Shown in pieces: positions 25,270 through 38,058 of a stretch of DNA of 64,000 nucleotides (positions are counted from its first letter, which is position 1; the number at the start of each line of letters is the position of its first letter). Under the pieces are notes generated by a model. The model searched no databases and was not told the DNA's origin. It was given only the letters and a program-made list of their open reading frames with translations. Location of the stretch: assembly GCF_006345805.1 (NCBI RefSeq), contig NC_043010.1, positions 66,836,001 through 66,900,000 of the forward strand, in the 5' to 3' direction. This stretch comes from Octopus sinensis (taxonomy: Eukaryota). The position numbers and the translations under genes are program-made.

Positions 25270-25644
25270 TACGCACACACACATACATGGAAAAAAGTGA
25301 AGATAAAAATGCTAAAATAATTTAATAAAAACATTTCAGTACCGGTTTCAGTTATTGAGACTTTTTCAACTGTGTACGTATGGAAAAACAATTAAATTTT
25401 GGAAAAATTAAAAGAGAAGTTTTTAAAAAGAACATTTGCATAGTGTTCAAATGCAAGGGGCATTTTCCTTGTTTCTGTCTGTCTCACGTTTCTCTTGTTT
25501 ACTCTTGTGGGTTCGAGGTCGTTGTGAATTCTTGGCAGGGAAGAAGAAGATGAAGGAGAAGAAGAAGAAGAAAAAGAAAGAGAAGAATGCGGGCGTGCCA
25601 TGATAGTAGTAGGATGTTATATGATCCAGTACATACATATACAC

Positions 25645-25675
<31 letters not shown>

Positions 25676-25699
25676 TGTATGTATGTATGTATGTATGTA

Positions 25700-25721
25700 G
25701 TTATATATATATATAAATATA

Positions 25722-25777
<56 letters not shown>

Positions 25778-25783
25778 TATATA

Positions 25784-25822
<39 letters not shown>

Positions 25823-26052
25823 TATATATTATATATATATATATATATAATATATATATATATTATATATAATATTATATATATCTATATATATATATAT
25901 ATATTATATTATATATATATATATATATTAATATATTCTATATATATTATATATTATATATATAATATATATATATATTATAATATATATATTATATATA
26001 TATATATTATATATATAATATTATATATTATATACATATTATTATATATTAT

Positions 26053-26127
<75 letters not shown>

Positions 26128-26130
26128 GTA
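25700..26130. repeat. Degenerate (TA)n microsatellite
   Basis: Direct reading. Confidence 0.95.
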
Positions 26131-26411
26131 TGTATGTATGTATAATGTATGTATATACTGGGCCATCTAAGTAACATTATAGGCCTTCGGACAAATCAAT
26201 GTCCCGTATTTGTCGTATTTCTCGGCAAACAAGTTGATTAGGGTCGGATTAAGATCCATAGGAGCCCCAAGCACTTAAAAACATTTGGTGCCCCTTTATA
26301 TATGGAATTCAAAATATAAACAATGTTAAGCCGTAAAATATATTTTTATTTTTCAAAACGAAACAAAACAGTAAGATGGAAAACGGTGTTTATTTTTTTT
26401 AATACTTCCAC

Positions 26412-26812
26412 CAGTGGCTGTGTGGTAAGTAGCTTGCTAACCAACCACATGGTTCCGGGTTCAGTCCCACTGCGTGACATCTTGGGCAAATGTCTTCTGC
26501 TATAGGCCCGGGCCGACCAATGCCTTGTGAGTGGATTTGGTAGACGGAAACTGAAAGAAGCCTGTCGTATACATGTATATATATATATATAAGTGTGTGT
26601 ATATATGTTTGTGTGTCTGTGTTTGTCCCCCTAGCATTGCTTGACAACCGATGCTGGTGTGTTTACGGCCTCGTCACTAGCGGTTCGGCAAAAAGAGACC
26701 GATAGAATAAGTACTGGGCTTACAAAAAGAATAAGTCCCGGGGTCGAATTGCTCGACTAAAGGCGGTGCTCCAGCATGGCCGCAGTCAAATGACTGAAAC
26801 AAGTAAAAGAGT
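26412..26812 (+). mobile_element. SINE B
   Basis: Full-length family B copy. Confidence 0.9.
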
Positions 26813-26979
26813 TTATTTGTATTTGAAAGAGTTTCCCCTACTGGGATTAATTGCAAAGTCTTTGATCAGATCCTCCACATTAATCTTACATAACACATCT
26901 GCTTCTATGCTTAGTAGGGATGAAGCATCTTGAATACCATTTTAGCAAGTTTAAAGTGATTTCTCCTGTTCCGTAAACC

Positions 26980-27396
26980 TATTTCTTTATTGCCCTACAA
27001 GGGGCTAAACATAGAGGGGGGCAAACAAGGACAGACATAGGTATTAAGTCGATTAAATCGTCCCCAGTGCGTAACTGATACTTTATTTATCGACCCCGAA
27101 AGGATGAAAGGCAAAGTCGACCTCGGCGGAATTTGAACTCAGAACGTAACGACAGACGAAATACCTATTTCTTTATTACCCACAAGGGGCTAAACACAGA
27201 GGGGACAAACAAGGACAGACATAGGTATTAAGTCGATTAAATCGTCCCCAGTGCGTAACTGGTACTTTATTTATCGACCCCGAAAAGATGAAAGGCAAAG
27301 TCGACCTCGGCGGAATTTGAACTCACAACGTAACGACAGACGAAATACCGCTAAGCATTTCGCCCGGCGCGCTAACGTTTCTGCCAGCTCGCCGCC
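26980..27396 (-). mobile_element. SINE A, dimeric copy
   Basis: One head and two bodies, with the same junction as other dimers. Confidence 0.9.
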
Positions 27397-27791
27397 TGTT
27401 CCGTAAACCATTTGCCATTTCTGTGGTGCCCCCTCCTTCCCTTGATGCCCTAATCATGTTCTTATTTGGTTATTGGTTAATCCTGGCCCCGAAGACGACG
27501 TAGTATATCAAGGGAACATTCGAACATCATAACAATCTTTGCAAATCCTGCTGCATTTTGGTCCTCCACAGTCATCTTCGTGTATAAGTCGACCTACCTT
27601 TTCTTGGCTGTGAATTTTGGTCTGAAAAATTCGAGTTGTCTGTCGGAAAATACAGCATTTATTGACAGCAAGTCACAGAATACTGGTCCCCTAGATACAC
27701 GAGACCCCTTCCCCGGAAAACTGTCTAGTGTGTCCATGCCTTAAAACGGCAATGTATGTACGTATGTTGTGCATTTAAGTGTTTGTATATA

Positions 27792-28357
27792 TTGGGTTGT
27801 CCGGAAAGTTCGTGTCGATTTATAGTAGCTTACCTTTCAACTTATTTTAGAACATGGTTGAGTCCATAAAATAGGATTTGACTACACCTCCATTTAGAGC
27901 ACAGGTTAAACTATCTTTTCGTGGAAGAAGGTTTATATTCCTATAAACTGTGTTTATTCTGTAACCCTTTAAAATGGAAGACAAGAAAGTTCATTTTCAG
28001 CATTTGACGCTTTGGGAACCAGACAAAAATTGCTGCAGCTTGGCTGGGATATGTGACCCCAACCTCCATATTCACCAGATATTGCTTCTTCGGATTTCCA
28101 CTTATTCAGGTCTCTGCAGAATAGTCTTAATGGTAAAAATTTCAATTCCTTGGATAACGTAAAACGATACCTTGATGAATTCTTTGCCATGAAACCACCT
28201 CAATTCTGGGAAGAGGGTATTTTCAAGTTAAAGGAAAGATGGAGACGCATTGTGTAACAAAATGGTTCATATTTGGTTGATTAAAAATGTAATAGCAAGT
28301 ATTTATTTACCTTTTTCTTTCCTTTAAGAATCGGCACGAACTTTCCGGACAACCCAA
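27792..28357 (+). mobile_element. Internally deleted mariner
   Basis: TIRs TTGGGTTGTCCGGAAAGTTCGTG(T/C)CGATT with TA on both sides. Retains MEDKKVHFQH and the C-terminus YSPDIASSDFHLFRSLQNSLNGKNF...KLKERWRRIV. Confidence 0.92.
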
Positions 28358-29094
28358 TAATTTTGCATTGATGTACCTACGTGTATTTGTTTAAAAAGGG
28401 AGGATGAACAATGACCAGCAAAAATATTGAATGAAGCCTACTAACCACTGGATCTAGAAAGCGTGGCCTCATTTCAGTTAAGAGGGCCCAGTGTGCAATA
28501 ATGCCGTCGAGCGGGAGCTCCCGAAACGTCACACATTCTCTCCTGATGACCCCTTAAGCATGCTAGTGCACGGTATGCAGAGCTTTCAGTTGATAGCTCT
28601 TGCAAACAATAATAATGTGTGTGTGTGTGTGAGTCTATACTTTTCATTTGCGCTTCAAACTGCCTTCTTCACGTCTCCCTTTGTATTCTGACACTTGTAC
28701 TATATTCGACGCTTGTTTTTTTCCCCCTGTGTGTCCATGATGTATACATTAGATTCAACTTTACAATTCCATTTCCCCACGTCTTCATTGTTATGTTAAT
28801 GGGTTTTGCATATTTTTTTCATTTTCATGTATATGTACGTATGCGTGTCACGATTGAGTTTTATTTCAAGATTTATTGCCAATAGAGAAAGAGCCGGTGT
28901 CTAACCTGGATCCAAAGCTCCTTCATTCGAATTACAACATCAACAGAGTATGTATGTATGTATGTATGATGTATGTATGTATGTATGTATGTATGTATGT
29001 ATGTATGTATGTATGTATGTAGTATGTATGTATGTATGTTTGTGTGTATGTGTGCAGATTTGTATGTTTTCTTTTATGTATGTATGTATTCTCA

Positions 29095-29480
29095 GTATCT
29101 TGCTTGCCAACCACATGGTTCCGGGTTCATTCCCACTGCGTGGCACCTTGGGCAAGTGTCTTCTACTATAGCCTCGGGCTGACCAAAGCCTTGTGAGTGG
29201 ATTTGGTAGGCGGAAACTGAAAGAAGCCCGTCGTATATATGTATATATATGTATGTGTATATGTTTGTGTGTCTGTGTTTGTCCTCCCCAACATCGCTTG
29301 ACAACCGATGCTGGTGTGTTTACGTCCCCGTAACTTAGCGGTTCGGCAAAAGAGACCAATAGAATAGGTACTAGGCTTCCAAACAATAAGTCCCGGGATC
29401 GATTTGCTCGACTAAAGGCGGTGCTCCAGTATGGCCGCAGTCAAATGACTGAAACAAGTAAAAGAGTAAATGAGTAAAGA
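29095..29480 (+). mobile_element. SINE B
   Basis: Nearly full-length family B copy. Confidence 0.85.
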
Positions 29481-29523
29481 GTATGCATATAGCTACATAT
29501 CTAGACATGTTCATATATGCTTA

Positions 29524-29700
29524 AATGATAAACTCAAGGAAAGTTTTACAGATTTTTACAGTTCCAGTGATGGATTGGATCTGTAGTCTTCGTATTAGCT
29601 TTCTCCTTTCTGGTTTTGAGAAGCCTAATTTCTCAAGACTGGTATTTAGGCAGTGTGTTACGTATCCCAGGGCCCAAATATTTACAGGTATAAACCTGAA
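29524..29700 (-). mobile_element. C-terminal fragment of an RLE-type non-LTR element
   Basis: LEKLGFSKPERRKLIRRLQIQSITGTVKICKTFLEF resembles the end of RLE-clade ORFs. The clade is not determined. Confidence 0.45.
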
Positions 29701-29741
29701 CTTATGCACATATGTATGCATGTATGTATGTATGTGTGTGT

Positions 29742-29804
<63 letters not shown>

Positions 29805-30174
29805 TTTAGCTATTTAAATTCTTTCTATTTGGAAGGAGCTGGTTTCTAACAAAAATACAAAGCTCCATCTTTGGAATGCAGATAACGGAACAATGCCACA
29901 CTTGAAACCTTATTAATTCTTTGCCTTAAATTCCGTTATTCTTTTACTTGTTTCAGTCATTTGACTGCGGCCATGCTGGAGCACCACCTTGAAGGGTCTT
30001 AGTCGAACAAATCGACTCCAGTACTTAGATTTTGAAAATCTAGTCCTTATTCTATCGGTCTCTTTTGCCGAACCGCTAATTTACGGGAACGTAAGCACAC
30101 CAACACCGGTGATGTGGGGACAAGCACAGCCACAAAGGTACAAACACATATACATATACATACATAAATACATA

Positions 30175-30567
30175 TTCTTTCTTTTATTCTTTTACTTGTT
30201 TCAGTATTCGGCCATGCTGGAGCACCGCCTTTAGTCGAGCAAATCGATCCCAGGACTTATTCATTGTGAGCCTAGTACTTATCCTCTCGGTCTCTTTTGC
30301 CGAACTGTTAGGTTACGGGGATGTAAACACACCAGCATCGGTTGTCAAGCGATGGTGGGGAACAAACTCAGACACACAAATATATACACACACATATATA
30401 TATACGACGGGCTTCTTTTAGTTTCCGTCTACCAAATCAACTCACAAGGCTTTGGTCAGCCCGAGGCTATAGCAGAAGACACTTGCCCAAGGTGCTACGC
30501 AGTGGGAATGAAACCGGAACCGTGTGGTTGGGAAACAAGCTTCTTGCTACACAGCCGCGCCTGCGCC
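30175..30567 (-). mobile_element. SINE B
   Basis: Family B copy, preceded by a partial copy at ~29935-30170. Confidence 0.8.
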
Positions 30568-30581
30568 TATATATATGTATA

Positions 30582-30612
<31 letters not shown>

Positions 30613-31204
30613 ATGTATGTATGTATGTATGTATGTAGAGAGAGAGAGAGAGGGGGAGAGATAGAGCGAGAGTGAGAGAGAGAGAGAGATTAGAATTTAG
30701 CAGAAGCAACAGATTGACTCAAGGTCCGAAAGATTCGTGCGTTGGCGTATATACACGATGGGCTTCTTTCAGTTTCCGTCTATCAAATCCATTCACAAGC
30801 CTTTAGTTAGCCTGGGGCTATATTAGAAGACACTTGCCCAAGGTGCTACGCAATTGAGCTGAACCGGGAACCAAGCTTCTTACCACGCAACCACGTCAGA
30901 ATTAATTACGTTTATTTCTAATGAAACAGCCGTTGAAAGTAATTAAATTCGACCTATTTGTTAATGTTATGCTTTACTGAATCTTATTCTAAATATATGT
31001 TACTCGTAAGGATCATTTTAGCCGGTTATATAAGCTTTTCCACTGGATTTCTGCAATGTTCTAACGTGTTGGAGTTTAACGATCCATTGCTAAATGAGCC
31101 CCTAATTACCGTATATATATATATATATATATATATATACGCCATGATAGATCGTTAGCTCCTACACGCATTTTTTTTCTCTCCTTGTTTTTTTTTTCTG
31201 TGTA

Positions 31205-31242
31205 TCTTTCTGTCGAAGAGCGTAGGCTCGAAACGTAAAAGA
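31205..31242 (+). ncRNA. Degenerate minimal hammerhead motif
   Basis: TCTTT-CTGTCGA-A-GAGC GTAG GCTC-GAAAC-GT-A-AAAGA. A6 is T; stems I and II are intact. Confidence 0.5.
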
Positions 31243-31333
31243 CTTTTTCTATTCCTGAACGCTTATATACTAATACATTTGTTTGTTTGTACTCCACCTG
31301 CCTTCGTCTTTTGTTTATTTTCGTAAACTTTCC

Positions 31334-31404
<71 letters not shown>

Positions 31405-31775
31405 AGTGACCGACCAGGGTATCAGATGTTGCTACACATCGCTGGTCACAATGCGCTTCGCATTGTTTTATCCTTCAAATGACGCCACCCGGCTGGTTAA
31501 GCGAGCAGGCCAACAGAAGAAAGAGTGAGAGAAAGTTGTGGCGAAAGAATACAGCAGGGATCGCCATCCCCCTTGCAGGTAGGCCTTGCAGAGGACTTGT
31601 ATCATATCCGCGTATGATTTGGTTGGAATATCGCATGGTACATAGAAAAAACGATACAAAACAGGAGAGATGCTAAATAAAATATTTACTTACATCATTT
31701 TCACGTACGTTTCAGTAACAAAGAATAATTATTAGTTATATAATTAAACCGAGTTGTCAAATCTTCAGATATGTA

Positions 31776-32070
31776 GAGGCGCAATGGCCCAGTGGTTAGG
31801 GCAGCGAATTCACGATCGGAGGATCGCGGTTTCGATTAACAGACCGGGTGTTGTGTGTGTTTATTGAGCGAAAACATCTAAAAGCACCACAAGGCCCCGG
31901 CAGGGGGTGGTGACGACCCCTGTTTCTTTCGCCCCAACTTCCTCTCACTCTCTCTTCCTGTTTCTTGATTAACGCTGCGATGTACTGGCGTCCCGTCCAG
32001 CTGGGGGGAAAACATACGCCATAGAAACCGGGAAACCGGGCCCATGAGCCTGGCTAGGCTTGAAAAGGGC
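31776..32070 (+). mobile_element. tRNA-derived SINE, family C
   Basis: A box TGGCCCAGTGG and B box GGTTTCGATT; body shared with 33821-34201 and 45770-46048. Confidence 0.85.
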
Positions 32071-32451
32071 GCATAAATAAATAAATAAATAAAATCTTCA
32101 GATATATATAAAATGAGCTCCATAAATGTTGCTGTGGAGCTAGTTTTGAAAAGTTAGGACAGCACTCGCTCTTTTGTCATTGTGCAGGGCGTTTATCACA
32201 CCTCAGTGCACGAGGTTTTAAAAAGGGTCTCTGTGCTGCTGCTTTCCTGTTACAACTGGGCTCCTTTAGCCTCGACCGCAGCAATGAGGCTGACCGGAAA
32301 AATTTTTACTCCGCTCAATAGGGTCAAGTTGCTCGTCTAAGGCACTACTTGTGATACATCCTCCAGTGCTAACTTTTATGACCGCTTTGGTCATGAGCCT
32401 TGAAGCTGCTGACTGCAATTCAGGCGATTGGAAGAAGATTATGTACCATTC

Positions 32452-32985
32452 TGAAGTATATTTGCCACTTAAATGTGGCTAACTATTAAGGATGGATGCT
32501 ACTGTAGCTTGTAGCCCCAGGAGAATATCTTCTCCAGGTGGCTATTGACACACTCTCTGTGCCCTATCAGTATTTGCAAAGGGAAGCTTCCCATTGTCGA
32601 CCTGACGTGATACGCACGGACCCGGGTTTCTGGGTATTTACCTGTCGTCAGCGCACGACAATCACCGGTCTTCGATGCGAAGAGGTCCCAATGCAAATAC
32701 ATATATCCTTTTTCCAGTGGCGAAAAGTCACTGATCTCCAAAAAGTGTAAACAAGCAATAATAAATCTCTGAGCGACGTATAAACAGTAGCTGCACGACA
32801 ATGTGAAGTATATTGCAAATACTGATAGGTCACAGAAAGTGTGTCAATAGCCAGCTGGAGAAGATGTTCTTCTGGGGCTACAAGCTACAGTAGCATCTAC
32901 CCTTAGTGGTTAGCCAGATTTAAGTGTCAATTATACTTCACATTGTCGTGCAGCTACTGTTTATATCTCGTTCAGAGATTTATTA
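32452..32985 (-). mobile_element. Hammerhead-bearing non-autonomous retroelement (retrozyme/mini-PLE-like), copy 1
   Basis: 12-bp direct repeat TATGTACCATTC at 32440-32451 and 32986-32997. Inverted arms at 32452-32578 and 32814-32940. TGAAGTATA recurs 352 nt later at 32804. Confidence 0.75.
32614..32656 (-). ncRNA. Minimal type I hammerhead ribozyme motif
   Basis: GTGCG-CTGACGA-CAGGT AAAT ACCCA-GAAAC-CCGG-GTC-CGTGC. Confidence 0.75.
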
Positions 32986-33324
32986 TATGTACCATTCGTT
33001 TGATAGATTTCTTTTCGCACCGATCGTTATCGGTCCCAGGTCTGCCTCTCCTCTACATCAAATTAGGATAAAGGTGTGGCACCCGAGGAAAAACAATCCC
33101 GCAATTTAGAGGGGTTGATGCAGTAGATATCGTTTAATATTGTGTCCAGCAACACCATTTGCTAGCCAATCCACGAAGTAGAGCTGAAAGACAAATTATT
33201 CTACAGGAAGCATTGAATTTGTTTATTTTCAATAAAAGTTTCGCTGTGGACGAGTCACGTAGCTTTCTAAAATTCTAAAAAAATCTGATCAATTTACTTT
33301 TCCCTTCTTGTTGAAATTGCGAGC

Positions 33325-33625
33325 TACATTGGGAGATCACAGCTCCGGTTCTACGGACATGTGATTAGAACGTTTCAGGAAAGGATCGGAAGACGGATTC
33401 TTCAAGCTGAGCTAAACAAGAAGAGACTCAGGAATTGACTGAGAACAAGATGGCTCAATAAAATCCATAGTCTGTGTTGGATACGCTTGGGAATCCAGAC
33501 AAAAGCTGTAACGACGGTTGCTTCTCATTGGATCCTACGGAGGAAGTGCTTGGGGTTTCTATCCCTTATTCTACTTCCAAGGAATAAGGGAGAGCGAAAA
33601 TGGATGGATGGCTGGATGGATGGAT
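33325..33625 (+). mobile_element. Rex3/Expander-like RTE LINE 3' end
   Basis: RSQLRFYGHVIR...RTRWLNKIHSLCWIRLGI...KWMDG with a (GGAT)n tail; contains an in-frame stop. Confidence 0.75.
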
Positions 33626-33820
33626 GTTGAAGTATCAACATTTCTGTCATACCATCACCACGACCGCTTGAAAGTAAGTCATTGAAGTAGGTCACAGTTG
33701 TGCCACGAAAATTTCGATACCGCAATGAACGATCTATTATATAAAATCTGATCCATCTGTGTGTGTGTGTGTCTTCTGGGATCTCGGGCATCCTCCATCC
33801 GATTGTATCAGGGCGTGTAT

Positions 33821-34201
33821 GGAAGCACTCCGTCGGTTACGACGACGAGGGTTCCGGTTGATCCGAATCAACGGAACAGCCTGCTCGTGAAATTAACGTG
33901 TAAGTGGCTGAGCACTCCACAGACACGTGTACCCTTAACGTAGTTCTCGGGGATATTCAGTGTGACACAGAGAGTGACAAGGCCGGCCCTTTGAAGTACA
34001 GGTACAACAGACACAGGAAGTAAGAGTGAGAGAAAGTTGTGGTGAAAGAGTACAGCAGGGATCACCACCATCCCTGCCGGAGCCTCGTGGAGTTTTAGGT
34101 GTTTTCGCTCAATAAACACTCACAACGCCCGGTCTGGGAATCGAAACCGCGATCCTATGACCACGAGTCCGCTGCCCTAACCACTAGGCCATTGCACCTC
34201 A
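33821..34201 (-). mobile_element. SINE C with a 12-bp TSD
   Basis: CAGGGCGTGTAT at 33809-33820 and 34202-34213. Confidence 0.9.
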
Positions 34202-34487
34202 CAGGGCGTGTATAAGTCTTGAAAAAATTACAAAAATCGATTCCAGGTGAGAATGTGATCGATAAGGCCGTGGAAACGTGAATTTGTATCAGGGCGTGTA
34301 TCAGGGCGTGTATAAGTCTTGAAAAAATTACAAAAATCGATTCCAGGTGAGAATGTGATCGATAAGGCCGTGGAAACGTGAATTTGTATCAGGGCGTGTA
34401 TCAGGGCGTGTATAAGTCTTGAAAAAATTACAAAAATCGATTCCAGGTGAGAATGTGATCGATAAGGCCGTGGAAACGTGAATTTGT
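34202..34487. repeat. Three apparently identical 100-bp tandem units
   Basis: TATAAGTCTT recurs at 34211, 34311 and 34411. Confidence 0.95.
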
Positions 34488-34824
34488 AAAATCGTTTTTC
34501 TTGGAATAGAAAAAAAAAGTCTATTTTTATTTCTTCTTTTGCTGGTGTCTCAAATTTAGGTTAAATCAGTGTTTCTCAAAGGGGAGGCCTATGGGACGGT
34601 CGGACAAGTTGTTTTGAGAAAATTTGGTTTAAATGTTTGACCGTCCATTGGACAGGGGGGGGGGGGCGTTTTGCTCGTAAGTGATATAAACAGTTAATTT
34701 GTGTGTGTGTGTGTGTGTGTGTGTGATTTTAAACATTAAAAAAATGATTCCCCAGTGAAAGTTGATTCAATTTCACCATACCACAGTCTCTGACCACATC
34801 TCTTGCTTATATATAAAGTATATA

Positions 34825-35245
34825 GGCGCAGGAGTGGCTGTGTGGTAAGTAGCTTGCCTACCAACCACATGGTTCTGGGTTCAGTCCCACTGCGTGGCAT
34901 CTTGGGAAAGTGTCTTCTGCTATAGCCTCGGGCCGACCAAAGCCTTGTGAGTGGATTTGGTAGACGGAAACTGAAAGAAGCCTGTCGTATATATGTATAT
35001 ATATATATATATGTATGTATGTGTGTGTATATGTTTGTGTGTCTGTGTTTGTCCCCCTAGCATCGCTCGACAACCGATGCTGGTGTGTTTACGTCCCCGT
35101 CACTTAGCGGTTCGGCAAAAGAGACCGATAGAATAAGTACTGGGCTTACAAAGAATAAGTCCCGGGATCGATTTGCTCGACTAGAAAAGGCGGTGCTCCA
35201 GCATGGCCGCACACAAATGACTGAAACAACTAAAAGAGTAAAAGA
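34825..35245 (+). mobile_element. SINE B
   Basis: Full-length family B copy. Confidence 0.9.
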
Positions 35246-35253
35246 GTATATAT

Positions 35254-35446
35254 CTGTTTCTTTACTACCCACAAGGGGCTAAACATAGAGGGGACAAACA
35301 AGGACAGACACACGGATTAAGTCGATTATATCGACCCCAGTGCGTAACTGGTACTTAATTTATCGACCCCGAAAGGATGAAAGGCAAAGTTGACCTCGGG
35401 GCAAAGTTGACCTCGGAGCAAAGTTGACCTCGGGGCAAAGTTGACC
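35254..35446 (-). mobile_element. SINE A ending in a 17-bp stutter at the gap
   Basis: GCAAAGTTGACCTCGG(G/A) repeated about 4 times. Confidence 0.8.
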
Positions 35447-35546
35447 NNNNNNNNNNNNNNNNNNNNNNNNNNNNNNNNNNNNNNNNNNNNNNNNNNNNNN
35501 NNNNNNNNNNNNNNNNNNNNNNNNNNNNNNNNNNNNNNNNNNNNNN
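35447..35546. other. Assembly gap (100 N)
   Basis: Direct reading. Confidence 1.
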
Positions 35547-35761
35547 GAGAGAATTTAGCAGAAAGTATTCAGCGTTTTGTAGTTAATTCTCTGCTCTAAC
35601 GCCAAGCAATTTTTTCCTGCCGCCATCACGTTCTTTGTATCAAGCAGAGACGATCCCGAGTTCAGTGTCTTTGCTGGCATTAGCTAACTCTACAACTCAC
35701 TGTTATATTTCTACACCTATCAATAACTCCACCACCACCACCACCACCACCACCACCACCA

Positions 35762-35829
<68 letters not shown>

Positions 35830-36938
35830 TCACTTACCAATAAAGAAAAACAAGGAAGCAAAGCAGAATTACTGGCCTGTTAAAGGCGATACGAATCCTT
35901 AGTTCTGCGACCAAACAGCGGACAAACTCTTTGGCTACTGGACCAATTGGATCAAGAAAATTAGTTACACTAAAAAACATAAGGCCAGGTAAGTTACCTG
36001 TTCCATATGATAGCATTGAAATCAGTGGTTTCGAATTTCTAGGCTGCGATCCGACTTAAAATGGGTACCAAAATGGGGTACCTGTATAATTCTGAGAGAG
36101 TTACGGCGACAAGGTTTTCCATTTTTTTTTTTCTCCACTTTCGAAAATATTTGATAACGCGTAAAAAATATGTTTGTGTGAAATACTTTGTACAATGAAA
36201 CCTTAAACAAGAGTTACCTTTACAGAAATCAAACACGGATGAATAATATTCCCGCAGGGAAAATATCACTTTAGTTTTTTAATACTTTGCCTGCCATGAG
36301 GGTTGCCCGTCATTCTTAATATCTTTTCTCTTTTACTGCGGCCATGCTGGGGGATCGCCTTGAAGAATTTCAATCGAACGAATCGATACCACTACTTATT
36401 TTTTGAAGCCTGGTACTTATTTTATCTTGTGCAGTAGTAAGGTACAAACACATACACACATTTACGACGGGCTTCTTTTCAGTTTCCCCTCTACCAAATC
36501 TACTCACACCTTATCACCAGCACCTTTTCATCTCTCTTTCCAGCTGAGATAGTCAATGTGTCTCCTCCACAGCAAGATTCCTGTTCTTTTCCTGCCATCA
36601 TAATTTAGTCTCTTCAAGAAAAGGCGCCAAGCCATCGTCCTTCATACTACCCCCATACTACCGCTCCCTGTAGAGGAATCTGGGCTTGCGAGTCTGTTGG
36701 TAACCTTACTAATGCCGTTGCTGCGAAAAATAGCGGCAAGTACACTCTGTAAAGAGGGTTGGCGTTAGGAAGGGAATCCAGCCGCAGAAACCATGCCAAA
36801 GTAAGCATTGAAGTTCGACGTGGTCCTGTGTCTCATCTCTGATCCTGTTGAGCCGTCCAAATCATGCCATCATAGAAAACAGACATTAATTAATGATGAT
36901 GGTGATGACAATATATATATATATGTATATATTATATA

Positions 36939-36989
<51 letters not shown>

Positions 36990-37184
36990 TATATAGTCCA
37001 AACGGTTGTCTTCATTCTTTCAGGTTCGATGAAAATAAGTACCGATTATGCAGGGATGGGGGGGGGGGGTCAAAGTAATCGACTTACCTTGCTCCGAAGT
37101 TGCTGGCCTTGACCCAAAATTTGAAACCATTATAATAATAATAATTATTATTTTTAAAATTTTTTTATTATTATTATTATTATT

Positions 37185-37287
37185 GAGTGAGAGAGCAGTT
37201 CATGCCATCAAAGTGACACTGGGGTAAAATATACGAAGCCCAATATACCCATCATGACTACCCGTCTGATAAAGGTACACCAGGCAC
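37185..37287 (-). mobile_element. 5'-truncated copy of the ~550-bp element in (TTA)n
   Basis: Only the 3'-terminal ~100 bp remain; TTA repeats on both sides. Confidence 0.85.
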
Positions 37288-37338
<51 letters not shown>

Positions 37339-37699
37339 ATTATTATTATTATTATCATTATTATTTACTATTATTATTATTATTATTTATTATTATTATA
37401 TTTTTATTATTATTATTATTATTATTATATTATATTATTATTATTATTATTATATTATTATTATTATTATTATTATTATTATCATTTGTGTTTTTGGAGG
37501 ATAGGAGCGTCTTTTGAAGGGGCTCCGAGAAAAAACTGAAAAATTTCTTGGTTTTTTTGCTGAATGAAAGCTTTGTTACTGGATTACGTTATAAACAAAC
37601 TCCGGAGCTTCGGAAGTCCATCCCCAAACCTGGGAACGACGGAAGGTTTGTGTTGTTCGCAATATTTCATTTGAATTCCTTAAAGTTTACAATATTCAA

Positions 37700-37753
37700 C
37701 ATGTATCTGTCTGTTTGTCTGTCTGTCTGTCCGTTCGTCCGTCCGTCTGTCCG

Positions 37754-37828
<75 letters not shown>

Positions 37829-37988
37829 GTCTGTCTGTCTGTCTGTCTGTCTGCGGGTCTGTGTGTCTGTGTGTCTGTGTGTCTGTGTGTCTGTGTGTCT
37901 GTCTGTGTGTCTGTCTGTGTGTCTGTGTGTCTGTCTGTCTGTCCGTCCGTTCGTCTGTCCGTTCGTCCGTCCGTCTGTCCGTCCGTCC

Positions 37989-38058
<70 letters not shown>

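Noticed and set aside
31776-31850. tRNA gene
   Set aside because: A/B boxes are present but the sequence runs into a SINE body repeated elsewhere; no real tRNA or rRNA gene was seen in the window.
34202-34487. CRISPR-like array (also 3120-3430 and 54832-55583)
   Set aside because: These are contiguous tandem units without unique spacers, in eukaryotic DNA with no cas genes.
35385-35446. 17-bp stutter as a biological minisatellite
   Set aside because: It abuts the 100-N gap and is probably a contig-end artefact.
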